This document shows, piece after piece, positions 61,790 through 64,000 of a stretch of DNA of 64,000 bases. The position numbers and the translations under genes are program-made. The notes beneath the pieces were generated by a model. That model ran no database searches. It had not been told where the DNA came from and was given only the letters and a program-made list of their open reading frames with translations. Position 1 is the stretch's first letter; each line of letters begins with the position of its first letter. Source of the DNA: Octopus bimaculoides. Lineage: Eukaryota. Location: assembly GCF_001194135.2 (NCBI RefSeq), contig NC_068991.1, positions 8,087,354 to 8,151,353 on the forward strand, read 5' to 3'.

Positions 61790-63563
61790 CTTTAGACAAA
61801 TGAAATAATGTGAAGGTACATAGCTTAGTGGTTAGAGTCTGGGGATCATAATCATAATTTCCACACAACTTCCATCAGGTTCACTCACAAGGCATTGGTC
61901 AGCCCAGGGTTATATTGTAAGACATACCCAAGGTGTTGTACAGTGAAACTGAACCCAAAATCACATGACTGCAAAGCAAGTTTCTAAACCACACATCCAA
62001 GCCTGTGTCTGTCCCTTTATATTTTAATTTAAGCTATTCCCTAAGATTTAAGGAGGAGTGAGGAGGTCACATTTTTTGTTTTTCTTCTTTCTTTTCAAAC
62101 TAAGATATTTTAATGGGTTGAAGAAAACTGATCTGTTTTACACATATTTCTTTTCTATTCAAAAGTAAACTTGGTCGGTATTTTATTTATTTTTATTTTT
62201 TTATTGTATTTCATTCTTTTTTTCTTTTTCCTTGGGGGCAGCAGTAAAAGTTATAGACTAGAATGGTTAAGTCAGCTACTGGATCTAAACAAGCACACAT
62301 CACACTTCCCATCCTCCCTCAAAAGCTTCACTATCTCTACGTATTTCTTTTTTTTCTTTTACGTTTTCTATCCACCTACAACTAACTCCATCACTCACAG
62401 GCTGTCTTAGTTATGGGGCGTGCAAGAACTCTGCGAAGGTATTTCAGACATTAACTTCCAGCACATCTCTACCTGGTCTATTACTAAACCTACACAGAAG
62501 AAAACAAACCTCACCTGGGGCTGTTTTATATTATATATAAACATATATAATATAGCAAGACTTTCTTATTCTATTCCATATCTTCTTAAAGGAATATGCC
62601 TAGAATTCCCGATCTTCCTCAAACGAAAGGTACTATGTTCCTTACGAAACTTGTTTTCTGCTTCAGTGCAGTTTTATACTAGTTTCTGCTTCTTCCTTTC
62701 TGCTTTCCTAAATGTTTGCTATTTGTTATTAACTTAGAGTCAGCAGATAACAATCTTATATGATTTACTTCTCACTATATTAATATTGTATGAATTTATT
62801 AGCAATTTGTTACATATGAATGGACAGCTATAGTTTTCTTGTGGTATGTCTTTATTTTCTTTGCGAGTACACAAAACTCCCTATATCTTCATCCTCAAAA
62901 TTTGATTATTGTTGTGAGTGTGTGTGTCTAATTATATATATATATATGTATATAATATGCATTCACACAAATATATATGTGTGTGTATATATTATAAATA
63001 ATATATAAATATATGCATATATTCATACATATATGTACATACCTACATCTATATATATACATACATGCATATATGGGTACAGGACATCAATATATATATA
63101 TATATATNNNNNNNNNNNNNNNNNNNNNNNNNNNNNNNNNNNNNNNNNNNNNNNNNNNNNNNNNNNNNNNNNNNNNNNNNNNNNNNNNNNNNNNNNNNNN
63201 NNNNNNNNNNNNNNNNNNNNNNNNNNNNNNNNNNNNNNNNNNNNNNNNNNNNNNNNNNNNNNNNNNNNNNNNNNNNNNNNNNNNNNNNNNNNNNNNNNNN
63301 NNNNNNNNNNNNNNNNNNNNNNNNNNNNNNNNNNNNNNNNNNNNNNNNNNNNNNNNNNNNNNNNNNNNNNNNNNNNNNNNNNNNNNNNNNNNNNNNNNNN
63401 NNNNNNNNNNNNNNNNNNNNNNNNNNNNNNNNNNNNNNNNNNNNNNNNNNNNNNNNNNNNNNNNNNNNNNNNNNNNNNNNNNNNNNNNNNNNNNNNNNNN
63501 NNNNNNNNNNNNNNNNNNNNNNNNNNNNNNNNNNNNNNNNNNNNNNNNNNNNNNNNNNNNNNN

Positions 63564-63596
<33 letters not shown>

Positions 63597-64000
63597 ACAC
63601 ACACACACACATACATGTATGTGTGTGAATATATATATATATACATTCTGAAAATGTTATAACTATAGGGTGTTTGAGTTAAAATAATGAAAGTTTATTT
63701 TTTTAATAAATCCTCTAAAGATAACATTTATTTTATGCATCCTTTCAAACAGTAAATCAATTAAGTTTTATTATCATTTTCTAATTTTTTTCAAATAAAA
63801 TTCAAAAAGAAAAAAAATTCATCAAATATTTCTCGAAATCTGAAATCCTTCGATAATATTATTTTATCAGTGAAAAACCAAAAACAAAAAAAAGCATTTT
63901 TCACCATGCAGGAATACTGAATAGTGAAATTCTTATAGCATTTTTGTTTTTTTGGGGTTTTTCTTTTTTTTCATATTGCATAGCAAAAATATTGCAGAAA

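Larger units (their letters stand above)
1..64000. repeat. Abundant microsatellites: (TA)n, (CA/TG)n, (GA/CT)n, (GAT)n, (ATT)n, (GATA)n, (GGT)n, (ACT)n. Most N gaps are flanked by (TA)n.
   Basis: For example 1-45, 5143-5190, 22474-22530, 43485-43528, 45340-45440 and 63090-63600. Confidence 0.95.

Noticed and set aside
84-63662. Dozens of ORF-track entries rich in YI, HT, CV, LS, II or X
   Set aside because: They are translations of (TA)n, (CA)n, (CT)n and (ATT)n microsatellites or N gaps, not genes.

Overview
AT-rich, microsatellite-laden animal genomic DNA with many N gaps. The repeat families (tRNA-headed SINEs, RTE-type LINE pieces with (GAT)n tails, TTAA piggyBac-like MITEs) point to an octopod cephalopod, probably Octopus; this is an inference. 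Almost the whole window is intronic sequence of one + strand gene whose identity I cannot name. Three phase-compatible coding exons are well supported: 1964-2129, 27555-28394 and 52526-52589. They encode an acidic, Ser/Pro-rich, probably disordered region with endocytic-adaptor-like and phosphotyrosine-like short motifs. The gene continues past the window. Several candidate alternative first or cassette exons lie in the introns. The best are 32389-32733 and 57990-58041; weaker ones are near 10.5, 16.2, 39.3 and 55.0 kb. Most of these sit in locally CpG-retaining sequence, suggesting a multi-promoter gene with swappable N-termini. The rest is transposon debris: RTE LINE fragments, three SINE families, and mariner, piggyBac-like, hAT and foldback MITEs, often nested. 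There are several long hairpins, a compound minisatellite and gap-associated assembly artefacts. I found no rRNA, real tRNA, CRISPR array or prokaryotic feature. Repeat boundaries are read by eye and approximate (about +/-10-20 nt); splice coordinates were counted exactly.
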